Shown here in pieces: positions 1 to 13,112 of a stretch of 64,000 nucleotides of DNA. The stretch is from assembly GCF_022539665.2 (NCBI RefSeq), contig NC_081333.1, positions 10,478,001 through 10,542,000 of the forward strand. Reading direction: 5' to 3'. Within the stretch, counting starts at the first letter, position 1. The number at the start of each line of letters is the position of its first letter. The notes beneath the pieces were generated by a model. That model saw only the letters and a program-made list of their open reading frames with translations, made no database searches and had not been told where the DNA came from. Origin of the DNA: Daphnia carinata (lineage: Eukaryota). The position numbers were made by a program, and so were the translations under genes.

Positions 1-1110
1 CTGGCATGGTAGTTTTCCCCTTACCTATGAAGTTTTGGAGTACAGCGCTATCATAGCAGTCATTGCGCACATATTTTTAGATTTTAGATTACTCCGAAAC
101 TGTAAATTCTGCGTAAAAACTAAGATCATTCTCGTGATCCTTGTTAAATTTTGGATCTAAATCGTGTACATTATTGTTTGTTGTTTATAAAAATTTAAAA
201 AAATAAAAAGTCGGGCTTATTTTTTCGGGTTTGTTCTTTCGGGCTTATTGTTTTTGCCCAAAATTTTTAGAAAATTCTTTGCTGGGATAACAATAACACT
301 TTTATACTCAAAATGTAACGCTGAATTCGGGAAAAATATTCGTTTTTACGTAACACCAGACGTTGCTGTATTAAATGGTAAAAACGCTTTGCTGGCGCGC
401 CAGCCTTTTTCATCCGTTTATTAATGTTAGATCGAAAACTATAGGCACCATGATAAAACGAGCCCGATTTCCGTGATCAGCGATCAATTTAGAATCGGAA
501 TAATGTATTTTTAACAAAATTTAGAATTTGACGAAAATTGAAAAAGTGAGAAGGCTATAGCCTTCTCATTTTGTCGAAAATCATCAAAAAGCCATATCTC
601 TCAGAATTCAATAAAGACCACACATTAAGTTCAAAATCTTACGCTGATTCTAACAGGCACGTTAGTTTTCTCGTTACATATGAAGTTTTATAATTATCAG
701 TAATCAAAGTAGTTATAGCGCAACAACTTATATATTTCAGATTACTCAAAATCCATAAATTTCACACCAAAACAAAGTTCATTTTCGTGCTTCTCGTTAA
801 TTTTTAAATCTAAATCATGTATAGTTTTCCCTATTTATTGATATTATTTTTAAAAGAAAAGTCGGGCTTATTTTGTCGGGCTCCGAAATACAGTTATATT
901 GCAACACAGGCCGAAATGACGCTGTATTAGATATTTAACGTGAATACTTTGTAGCGAAATTAAGATTTTAAATATATGGCTATTAGAAATAAGAGTCAAA
1001 TATTTTTTTTTTTGGCCAGACTGTAAGTATTTCAAGTATTTAAATAATTTGACGATTTATTGTGTCTCCAATACCGTATCGTTAGAACTAAGCGTAAGGT
1101 TTGAATTATG
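1..1110. mobile_element. Interspersed foldback/MITE-like repeat, copy 1 (runs off the window start)
   Basis: ~473-660 aligns closely by eye with ~14253-14440. Internal blocks recur at ~650 bp period (e.g. 76-245 vs 737-881), each ending in AAAAGTCGGGCTTATTTT. Perfect 22-bp palindrome TGAGAAGGCTATAGCCTTCTCA at 547-568. No coding capacity. Confidence 0.7.
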
Positions 1111-4100
1111 TCGACGGCACGCCAAAAGGTGCTGAATAACTCCTTCCGTCTTCTCTACGTCTCCCTCCCTTTCCTTTGAAGATGATGTGCCTACGTTCCA
1201 GTTGTTTCATATTTCAAAAATGATTTGTTCCCTGGCTCTACCTTACCCTATTCCTCCGCTCCCCCCATACGTTTTGAGCCCTTTTCCTTTCGTTATCATT
1301 AGCAATATTCACATGACGAGTTGAGACGTGGGGTTGATTTAGATACCAGGAATGTGCAACTACAGCGTCTTGGCTGATGCAAAACAGACAATCTTCTTTT
1401 TTGTTGTTATTTTGAAGACGGTCATCAAAACAAACTCTACGGGCGAGCTATTCCGCAACCGATGTCCCTGGTCACATGGATTCATGAAGTGTCATCCGAG
1501 TTACAATAACTAAACTGCGCTAATTATTCATTTTGTGCGAAAACGGTTTTGGCAGCGCGGAAACCCGACGCCACCGTGCTACCGAAATGTCGATGACCTG
1601 CTAGGCCGATGTTGTTACACCAGCTCTCCGTTTTCTTCAACTTGTATCCTTCGGTGGATGTATATATAACGCGATGCGCCGACTGTGTTTATCTTAATTA
1701 TCTAAACATTTACCCAGGCTACCAACATCTTTTTTTCCCCCCTTTTTGTTTTTTTCCAAAATGAAAAAGCAAAGAAGAAAAAAAATAAAAGGGAAGGAAC
1801 TGGACGGAATGGGAGACGTGTCTGATCGTTTATGACGCCTTTGGTGTTCTGGCGTTTTACGAATTGTATATGTTAAACACCCACACGGATACAAACTGGA
1901 CAAACAGCATGGACAAAATTCGTGTGGCTACTTTGGTATTCTTACTGCGGATGGAAAAATGTTTAATTCCGTCATGGTTTCCTAGAATTGTTAAAATTAG
2001 TAACAATCGTTAGTCATAAAAACATAAACTCATAGTCTACTTGATTTGATTACGTCGACTGTTCATTCATTAATGCATGATGGTAAGTAGTCAACCTCCA
2101 CAACAGGAAGGGTTCCCAAATTCGCCTTTACTAGAAGTAAAAATAAAAACGCTAGGTCCTATTATTATTGTTATTCGTAACTTGACTCGCTGAGCGCGCG
2201 CATAAAGAAGAGGGAAGGATCCTTCTCATGATGACCGTGGCTGGCTATACTAAAATGCCCCCCCCCCCCTTACGGGTGGGGATGACGGACCTGCTGGTAA
2301 GTCGGCGGCAGCGGGTCGTGACAAATGACTGGCGCCCGTCACGGCGCCATAAAGCAGAAATATGTGTAGACCATGTACGATGTATACATTAAATTCGCGC
2401 ACTTCTTCGCTTCTTCCGGCCTTGGCACCAACATGCGATATCTTCCTATATCACGAAAGAACGAAACCATGACATCGGGAGGAATTTTAGTGTTTTTGTC
2501 CATTTGCACAGAATAATGTTTGGCAGAGGCAGGATATGATATGCCACCAACTGATTTAGGCGGATCACTTTCACGTCATCATCGTCTCCACAGTCTTTTC
2601 ATATCGTTCCTCTAATTGCCCAATCTCCTTTTTTCTGTGTGTTGCAGCGTATAAGAGTGTCACCAGGCATCAAGCGAGGCGATGACGGAGAAGAAGCAAA
2701 GTTTTTTTTCTCACGCCGCCGTCGTCGTGAGAGACTGACGGCGCGCCGCGCATCATTTTGCATCCAACACACAGTTGCACTACCGCCACTTGTTCTTACT
2801 TTTCTCGTGGTATACGTAAATATACAAGATATATCCTTTTAAACCTGTAACATGTAAGGCCACTTAGCAGTCAATTAGAGCTGCTCTGTATACGCTGAAT
2901 AGCAAAGAGGGAGATGCTGCGAGTCCTGCCAAAAACGTATTCCTCCATCCTTGTCCTTCTTTCTTCCGAGGCTTTTTCGTGTATAGGAAAAGACGGTGGC
3001 TGGGGGGAAGCGTCTCAAATGTCTGTGCCATCTACTCGTCCTCTTGTCTCCGTCTCGCTGCTGCCGTCTCCTCGTAATGGCATCAGCAAACTTGCGTGTT
3101 TATATACATAAAGTCTTGACTTGTTGCAATGGGATGGAAGCCGCAAAAGATGTGCCAAGTCTTTTCGAAATGCCACCACCCTCACAACTATAACGGATGA
3201 CCATAAGATCTATCATATTATTTATGAATTGCTGCATCTGGCTTTTTCACCATGTAGCTACAATAACGTCTGTCCTAGAAGAAATATACAATTCTCTAAC
3301 TTTAACTGGGTATTGCTAAATGATAATAAACATCCCTTTTCCGCTATTTGACCAGTTATTTTGGTTTTCATTGACTAATTTTAAATTCAGCTGTGCTTGA
3401 ACCCAAGTTCATGTCAAAGTTTACGAGTTTAGGTCGGCCTGAAACAATAAATCAGTTCGAGAGCAATTAAAAGATATCGACTTATCGTGTGCGAGAGAGA
3501 GAGAAAGAAAAAAGGAGAAGAAGAGAGAGGACGAATGACCGAGACGGAGAAAAAGAAGATTCTCGGATCCCGTACCCACCCAAGACACTTGAAAAAAATA
3601 TTTTTTTGTCCATAATTTTTCTTTTTGAAAACCGAGACTTTTCCCTCTGGTCTCTCTGCATTACTGTATATATGTAACGAAAAAGTAAAGTCTATATAGG
3701 GTTTCAAGGTGAAGCGAGCGGGAGTGTTTCAAGAGGCCTGGAGCCATGTGTTTTACGTCACCGTTAAATGAAGCTCTCTTTGTACTCCACTCTCTTTGCC
3801 TCTGATCTGATTGCACCAATCTTCTTGCTGATGCACCTGTCGCTGTTTCTCGTCCCAGTCGATGTACGACTAGCCGCATTCATACTAAAGACCGATCGGA
3901 CTTCAGTTGATTGATAATTAAATGCTCCGCGTACGCAAGCGCTTGTATGAAAAAAAAAACGCTGGCAAGATATTAGATTGCCATTTTATTTTCAGAGCAA
4001 AGCGTAAAACAAACGAGAAATATAAAAACTAAGAAAGGCCCAATACATAGAGAACATCGGACTGGGGTGCAGTCGAACCAACGAAAAGGCGACTCTTTTA

Positions 4101-4116
4101 AAAATGTTTACATAGA

Positions 4117-4267
4117 TCACTTGCGTCTTTGCTGACGCTCTCAAGTGCCTTTCTTCTTTTCGAATTTCGGTCGCCTCCAAAGAGAATAAACCCACATTTC
4201 CTACATAAGCAGCAGAGTTCCACTTGAGTTGACTCGAATTGCACATGTACGTAAATCAGAACACTTG
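4117..4267. promoter_or_regulatory. Cluster of NK-2/Tinman-type (CAAGTG) sites upstream of Hand
   Basis: TCACTTG 4117-4123, CTCAAGTG 4140-4147, CCACTTGAG 4220-4228, CACTTG 4262-4267: four sites in 150 bp, ~0.8-0.9 kb upstream of the Hand ATG. Confidence 0.4.
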
Positions 4268-5052
4268 CCGACGGAATTTTAGTTAGTCAGTCTAGTTCCA
4301 TTCCCTGATTGGTCTAGCCAAAATTTGAAGATATACTTTTCATCGTAGTTTTGCTTCAACAATTATTGCGAACCTAGAAAGCAGACATGTACGGTAACTA
4401 TGATTGGAAAGTAACATTTTGTTTATGTTGAATAATCTCAGGTTTTTCCTTGTAAAAGAAATTATCATACGCAAATGTTACTGTGCTGTTAACAAATGAA
4501 AAGAAATGCTGTTGATCGACTTTTCTATTTCACGTAATTCTCGAACGTATTCAAAAGATGAAGTCATTCCAATCAGCTGGAAGCGTTGAGAAAACTGTTT
4601 TCATCTAATTCATTTAGTATTTATATATCCAGTAATTCTCTGCTACAGTTTGTGACGCTTAATAATGAAGCCGACTCACGAGGCTTGTTGTCGTGAATTA
4701 TGTAATTGACGGCCATCGTATCCGATTGGCTGACGAGGTGACCGAGCTTAATGGTGGAGGCCAGCTTCCCATTGGAGGTGAGCCTCAGAGGGACGGACCC
4801 GGGAATCTCAAAGCACAGTTTGTCGACTCCTCCCTCCTCTTCCTTCCCTTCGTCCTCCTAAGAGAGTTCATCAGAACGTTCTACGAGACAAGTTCGGGAA
4901 GTAAAACTAAGGTGCAGAGCTCACCGCCTGGTCACTTCAACTTAGAATTTATCCAGACAACAACTGTTCAGTGTATTTGAAGAATATCACTCAGAGGTGA
5001 AATATTCATACTGCCCGACGTAATTCAAAAAATACCTTTAGCCGTATCTATC

Positions 5053-6614
5053 ATGAGTTTAGTGAGCGCCTATCCGTCGGCCTATGTCAGCAGCGCTGTA
5101 GACATCAACAGCTCCGTTACATCCGTCGGGGCGTCAAACAGCAGCTTTTACAGCCATCCTCATCATCATCAAACGCCGTCGGCAGGTGACTACACTGCTG
5201 GACAGCAACAGAGTTTGTTCACCACCACAAGTTGGACTTGGAACGGTTGTAACGCACCATCCGTCGAATTCCAGCAGCCAGTTTCGATTACTCAGCAACA
5301 ACACTCGCCCCCGTTAAGCTGTTACTCCTCATCAGCCCCAAGTCCCGACTACTACGGCTACCAACAATCACAACAACAGCATCTACATCATTCGTATGAA
5401 ACGGTGGTGTCTTCGGCTGACTATCACGCGCTCCACCATCCATCGAATATCCCGGCACCACGCGTCATCCGTGTGGTTAAGCGTCGTAATACGGCCAATA
5501 AAAAGGAACGCCGACGGACTATGTCTATCAACAACGCATTTAGCGAATTGCGTGATTGCATACCGAACGTGCCGGCCGACACGAAACTTTCAAAGATCAA
5601 AACCCTTCGTTTAGCCACCTCGTATATTTCATATTTGATGGCAGTCTTAGAAGCCGGCCCAGAAACCGACATTCCATTCCGAGCTGAGCTAGGAAGGCAA
5701 AGTAAAAGTGAAAAAGCAGCAGCCCAACAGCAACAACAGCTTCAACAACAACATCAACAACAGCAATTTCATAATGTCAACAGCCACCAAAGAGAACAGG
5801 TAAAACATGTTTCTTTATCTAACTCCTCGCAAGGATTAAGCGCAGAGAAAAAGGGATTTGTTTTAATGTTGGCTTTACCGAATTATCAGAGGCCAGAGAA
5901 GAGTTTTATTCAAGCTACGAAATTTTTGTGTAAACGCCAAGATGTGCTGGGTCGGGCAGTATAGGGTAGATCTATACAATTCAAAAGTACATTAGCCTAA
6001 CGGCGGGAAGAGGCATCAAATCACGATGCCTAAATAGGGACGCCTAAATATATAGATACGCCTAAATTGACACAAATTGCTACTAGATAAAGCCAGTAGT
6101 TACCCCATGTTGAAAATATTCGTAACCATAGAGGAGGTAAAGGATCTTAATGAGTTTGTTTAAATCGAATGACAAGTGACGACAGTTAATATAACATTAT
6201 GGTATTGAGGAAATACGAGCTCTGACTTCCTTTTGACCCTTTGGGACCGCCTAGCACGAACTGTCAACCTTTGAACTCGTGACTCGTCGCACACACAACA
6301 AAATCTCGTTCTAAATCCCCTTAGAACTGGTGAACCCAGTAGAGCCTCTCGTCGCAAACTTTCATCGAAAATTCATGGTTGCACATCTTGTTGAAAGACG
6401 ATTTCCTCTATGAAGTGTGAATAATAAACAGTATCCTGTTTATCAATAACGAATCGGTATTTTTCTCATTCTTTTTCTTTTATATGTCAACTAGCCAAAG
6501 GAGGAGGAGCCCAACATGAACGTCACAATGGCCTGCCCATCTTCCGGAGATAAACGAAGCAAAGGACGGACCGGATGGCCTCATCATGTCTGGGCCCTTG
6601 AGTTAAAACAATAA
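5053..6614 (+). CDS. Hand: Hand (heart and neural crest derivatives expressed) bHLH transcription factor; exons 5053-5799, 6495-6614
   Basis: bHLH KRRNTANKKERRRTMSINNAFSELRDCIPNVPADTKLSKIKTLRLATSYISYLM. GT donor at 5800 and AG acceptor at 6494 join in phase 0 to PKEEE...DKRSKGRTGWPHHVWALELKQ*, the diagnostic Hand C-terminal motif. PolyQ follows the bHLH. Confidence 0.97.
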
Positions 6615-7257
6615 AGAATAGACTGAATAGCCGATCGTATTTTGCGTCGACGTGGAATTAAGTTCACCTCCCAGTATTGATGATTCGGTGTATTATATTC
6701 TTATGCTGCGAATCATGATTTTTTATAGCCTTTCGTATATTTTAGTGTTTAAGAAAAGTTTAAGATAAAACAGAAATAAGTGATTATTATATGTCTTTTA
6801 GATTGGCCGTCTTAGTGTATTTGAGATGCATTGTTTATATGCATTTTGTGTAAATGTGTGATGTAAGAACGAATAAATCAAGATTTAAATCTAAACTGGT
6901 AGAACCCTTATCGCTTTTTTCGCCTAAAATTCTATATTAACACCACTCTTCAATATACCTTATGGAATTATAAATAAAAACTTGAAGTGGATGCGGAAAA
7001 GAGAATGAATGAGAAGTTGGCCGGAAACAGAATTTGTTACTTTTACTATTCTTGTATGAGATTTTTTTTTTAGAACTCGTTTAGTTTTAGAACAAGATCG
7101 ATTACAAAGAGACGATGTTGATGGGAACATCATCGCGTTTTTCCTTCTGTACAATTAACACATTATGGGGTCACGGGATCTTTTTTAGTATCTTTTTTTC
7201 GTAGAGTTTGTTTAATTTTGTCGAATGACAAGTGACGACAGTTAATATAACATTATG
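6165..7257 (+). repeat. Exact 37-bp direct repeat (6165-6201 and 7221-7257) bracketing Hand exon 2
   Basis: TCGAATGACAAGTGACGACAGTTAATATAACATTATG is present at both positions. Confidence 0.9.
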
Positions 7258-7786
7258 TACGTTGTTATGTATTATGTATATATGTATACATAATAATGTA
7301 TATATTCATTATAATTATATATTCATAACAATATACATTGTTATAAAATATAGAAATCAAAAAGGTATCGGAGAGGGTCACATAGCTCGATGATTAGCTG
7401 CCTGCATCCATGAACCGTCTTTCAGGCCATGGGGAGAACTTACGAACAACCTACAAGCTACGATCACCTCTTCTCTACCTGTGGAGATCGATCTTCAACA
7501 TGTAGTGAACAGTACTACAGATCGATTTGAAACGTCTGTATACGTGTAGTGTGTGGTGTGTGTATGTTTTTTTAAGTGTGCCATTTTAGCCCCGTTGTAG
7601 TAGGCATGGCTCTTCATCTTCCTCTTTTTCTTTTTTCTTTCTTCTTTTTCATCTGTTTTTGCTTTTCATCTTCTTCTTTCTTCTTTTTTCTTTGATGTCC
7701 GTAGATGATGTCCGAAGCGATGAGGATGTATGAATCTTGCGAATCCGATGAAGAATCTTGAGTGATGAATTGGAGGGAGTGGAAGT

Positions 7787-7859
7787 TGGAGGTGGCGGGA
7801 ATCGAACCCGGGTCTTCCGATTATAAGGGAGTGGCGATAACCACTGTGCCAGGACCGCA
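7787..7859 (-). pseudogene. tRNA-derived remnant (tRNA pseudogene or SINE head)
   Basis: Minus strand has A-box TGGCACAGTGG, a CTTATAA loop and T-arm CGGGTTCGATTCCCG, and ends CACCTCCA. The acceptor and anticodon stems do not pair properly. Confidence 0.6.
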
Positions 7860-9114
7860 CATCCAAATCAAAACAATATTTGTTGGTCAGCTGTTCAGGT
7901 ACCTATAGCTGCTATAATGCATGTTACTCACTTAAAGTATAGCGCTGTGGTATAGCTTGGGGATCCCATTCGTTTTACTTAGGTTCGATTCTTTTGGATT
8001 TTATTTTTTTTTTACGTGGTAATTAATGTAAATCATGAACCCAGCTAATGTGATCTCGAATTATTGTTTTTTGCTTTATCCCATCGATATTTATTTATTT
8101 TTTAAATATGTTTTTATATCACAATTTCGAGAGGTTGCCAATTTTCTAGATAACGAATACAACAGCGCATCCGAACATGGGGGAAGGGGGAAAAAAAATC
8201 CATGATGGCCGCTGCTTAGTGGTTATCCCGCCTTTTTTTTTTATCCCTTTTTTTCTTTTTTTTACCGTTGCAATTTTTGTTCGCGGTAAATGCCATTGCA
8301 ACGGCGTAAGTTTTGGTAAGCGTGAAGGAAGGGGGTTCGGTATGACGTCATTGAATTGTGTTGCGGCAAAAAATAGGGAAAAAGAAGTTCTCAACAAAGC
8401 AACACAGGAAGCTTAAGCATTTAGAAAATAATTTAAGCCGCGCAGCCATCTTAAAGTGCACTGTTTGAAAAAGCTGTGCATTCTTTACGAGCAAACAAGT
8501 TAAATGTAGAACCATACACATTCCCCTATTATTAATGGATAATTGGGCAGTGAATTTCCTCGATATTGGTCAATAGATGGCGTTGATAGATAGACTTAAT
8601 GAAAAGCATTCAATAGCACCCTCCACCACAACCTGACAATACTTAAAAGAGCATATTTATAATACGCAAACACATTTTTGCACTGGAAAAAACCAAAATT
8701 AGGTATTTAGTCACTGCTACAGGACATGCAAAATACCGTAGTGTACTGGCGCGACGGCTACGCCCGAAATCATTATCCCACGGCTGCCAATGCTCGGTGT
8801 TCGCGAAGTTCCTGATATCCTTGAAGAAAAGTAAATCCCATGAGATTATCAAAATTGAACACTGATTTTGATTAAGTTATGGTTTTTTCGTTAAACCAGT
8901 TGTTTTAAAAACAAACGAAAACAAATCGCACCAATTTAGTTTTTTACGTTTAGTTAAAAAACTATAAGGCCAATTGGAAAACACACTTGATTTCCAGACA
9001 CCGGTTCATGCGTTTCCATACCCAAGGATAAGGCCCAGTATATAAAGCAAACCTGATACCCAATTCACGTTAAACGCGTAGTTGTACCCACAGATGGCAC
9101 ACATGCGAGTGAAA

Positions 9115-10696
9115 ATGGCCTCCCTAAAAATATGTTCTCTAAGCTCTAAACAATGTAAGATTAAAAAAAAAAAAATTTTATAACATGTTTCAAGTAATGC
9201 GTCTAATTTTTTCGTGTTTTCCAAAGGGGCGAGCTTGTCATCGGTTATATTTTTACAGCCCTCGGCAGCATACAGTACTGAGATAAATGTCAACACTCGT
9301 ATGTCGGCCTTTCGACGAGGAACTGGGGGAAGATCTAGCTTTAATGGAGTTGTAGCCACGGTATTTGGGGCAAGTGGTCATCTAGGATCTTCTATCTGCA
9401 ATAAGTTTGGAAATACAGGCACCCAGTTGGTGATTCCATATAGAGGTGACTTTTATGATGTCCAGCCCCTGAAACTCTGCGGGGACCTGGGCCAGATCTA
9501 CTTTACTCCTTACAACCTCAAGGATGAGGATAGCATCAGGAAGGCTATGAAGCACTCCAATCTTGTTATCAATGTGATCGGCAGAGAATGGGAGACAAAG
9601 AACTTTACATTTGATGACATCTATGTAAAAGGCAAACTATTTAATTGCCAATTCAAGTTTGCACTTCAGAATCACAAAAAATTTATTCTTCTCAGGCCCA
9701 AAAACTATTGCACGAATTGCAAAGGAGTGTGGTGTAGAGAGAATGATCCATGTTTCTACTTTAAATGCCACTGAACATCCTGTACCTCTAATGTTGAAAG
9801 AAGGTTCCAAGTATTTGTCTGCCAAATGGAGAGGTTAGCATTCAACGATTGTACAGCTTATTTTAGTTCTCATATCTTTGCATCGCCTAATAGGTGAATT
9901 GGCTGTTCGGGAAGAATTTCCAGAAGCCGTTATTTTCCGCCCATCAGATATTTACGGCTCGGAGGATCGATTCATAACATACTACGCTGCCTTTTGGCGG
10001 CGTCAAGGATCAGGGATGCCCCTGTGGAAGAAGGGAGAAAAAACTGTTAAGCAGCCTGTTTTCGTTTCAGACCTAGCACAAGGTATTCTCAATGCTGCCA
10101 GAAACTTTGATACCAATGGACAGGTTTACCAAGCCATCGGGTAAGAGTTTTGGCTGACAAAGCATTTTCAGCCTCATTAACATCGTTGGGATTATATGCA
10201 GACCCAAGCGGTACCAACTTGGAGAACTAGTCGATTATTTCTATCGTGTCATGCGTAAAGACAAAGATTGGGGCTACTTCCGTTATGACATGCGTTTTGA
10301 TCCTCTGTTCCCGTTGAAAGTAAGTCTTAAAGATTAAAGCCTTGTGTAATTCAACCTATCGTTATTATGCATTTGTTTGTTTTTATAGGTTTTTCTAACA
10401 GCGAAACTTCCTGGATGGCCAATCGCATCTCTCGGATGGGATAAAATTGAACGAGTATAACTTAACCAATATGTTTACTTAATAATATAACACAATAACG
10501 CATCTTTCATGTATACTAGGACCATGTCACCGACTGTGTTGATAATTCTCTGCCCACGTTGGAGGATTTGGGAGTTAGTTTAACACGGATCGAAGATCAA
10601 GCACCTTGGCTATTGAAGCCCTATCGAGCCCATAATTATTATGATGAGGATTTGGGAGAATTTGAAAAGCCTGCTCCCCCTCCTGTTGTCGCCTAA
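9115..10696 (+). CDS. NDUFA9: NADH dehydrogenase (ubiquinone) 1 alpha subcomplex subunit 9 (39 kDa); exons 9115-9154, 9227-9631, 9696-9833, 9894-10140, 10202-10319, 10389-10454, 10520-10696
   Basis: RRGTGGRSSFNGVVATVFGASGHLG, LKLCGDLGQ, HSNLVINVIGREWETKNF, GELAVREEFPEAVIFRPSDIYGSEDRF. Exons join in frame. An in-frame upstream ATG at 9094 is an alternative start. Confidence 0.96.
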
Positions 10697-11176
10697 TTTC
10701 AAGGAGCTCCTATAGTCATCCTATTGGCTATTATGTACATGTTTTCATTCGAGTTGGATTAAACAAGTAGTCTATAAAGTGAAAAGAACCGAGATCAAAA
10801 TTCAAACATTTATTTTTTTTTCCATTACGTTGGCATGTACATAATTTATTCAAGCATAATTTCGCAGGGCGCATCTTCCACTTGCCAAAAAAAAGTACCA
10901 CACAAACCGGAAAAGAAAATTACCCTCTGAACTGAATCTATTTTAGCTGGCAGAGGATGGGTAGAAATGGAAAATGAGAACACACTGACTCTCACACTTC
11001 ACGATGAACAATAAGGATGCAATCATCTCTGAAAATGTAATTTAGCACACAACATGCTCGCGAATTTGGGGCTCGTCACCCTCTTAATTGTGAGGGTGCC
11101 AACAATGGTTTAAAATGTAACAACTAATAGAAATCAGAGAACCAAGACATGTACATGATCAACAGAGTAAGCAGCG

Positions 11177-11986
<810 letters not shown>

Positions 11987-13112
11987 CTAAGGGTTATTTA
12001 TGTGGTAGATTCGGTATAAAAAGCTACAAAGAAACTCGTAAGAAGAGCAATATATGACAGCTCTTAGGAATGAAAACTGCTCAATGAGCGATACGGTGAC
12101 GTTGGCAACTTGGCATTGGGGCAGACCCGTTCAAACTCTGTGTTGGTTAAAGATCCATTACATTCGTAACGCTAGAGGCCTAGAGCATAGAATGGTAGAA
12201 CTGGACAAAAAACGCCAACACTATCAAAATTTAAGTTAGTGTTGTTCCGTAAAGAAAATAGAATCAACAACGGAGACATATGATTTTCCTAGAGTTTTCT
12301 AGTTCAATTTCTTCGTGACTAGTTCTGTGGTTTTGTAAATATCTATAAGGCTGTTGTTTAGCCAAGTCCCGGATTCACGAAACTAGCAGACGGAAGATTC
12401 ACGAAACTTGTTATAGGGAATGCTTCCTAACGACGTTTGATACGTATCCTGACGATAGTGAAAGATTTATTTCATCATCTACTAAACTTTTGGTATATGT
12501 TATGTTAGGTTTATTTGCCACATACCGTATGGATTATTACGAAAGAATATGAAATAAAATACAGAACTTCTACGTTATATAATCGTTAAAAATACATTTC
12601 CAAAAAACGTTCATATCCCTGCTTCTGCTTTCAATTTCTTTTCCTGCATAATAGCGTACTTAAATACCTAAACGCCGTGGTGTTTTAACGAAGAAAGTGA
12701 CGGGTCGCCTTCTGCTACCGTAAAAAGAAAGGTAAGATTTAACCTGGTTCCCGGCATTTTAAAGTAAAAGTTTTATTTTTTTCTAGCAAAAGAAGATAGA
12801 AGCTTTTGACCTCCTTTCTTCCAGCTTTCATTTGCTATGACATCGGAACAAAAAGCGGGCAACGCAAAAAGTTTTATTGGCAATCTGTTCTGTAAACAAT
12901 TTTAGAAAAAGTATGTCCCCGATATCTGAACCGAAGAAAGAAAATTACCGTCGAATAACTGATAGGAACGAAATTTGACATAATCTTGCCGTAGGTACGT
13001 TGTCATTTTACATGTATATTTGAGCAACAGTCATTCTTTATCATCAGTCGTCTTCCAGAAAGCCAGTAGTGAAAGTGTATCGTGCTCGTAGGAAAAATTT
13101 CATCTTCACGCT

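Noticed and set aside
5800..5964. 3' part of the 303-aa Hand ORF
   Set aside because: Read-through into the intron; the true C-terminal Hand motif is in exon 6495-6614.
7787..7859. Functional tRNA gene
   Set aside because: Acceptor and anticodon stems are disrupted.
8643..9046. Possible minus-strand small gene or snRNA/telomerase RNA upstream of NDUFA9
   Set aside because: No recognisable protein, no match to the U11/U12/U4atac/U6atac/7SK motifs I know, and no adequate TTAGG template.
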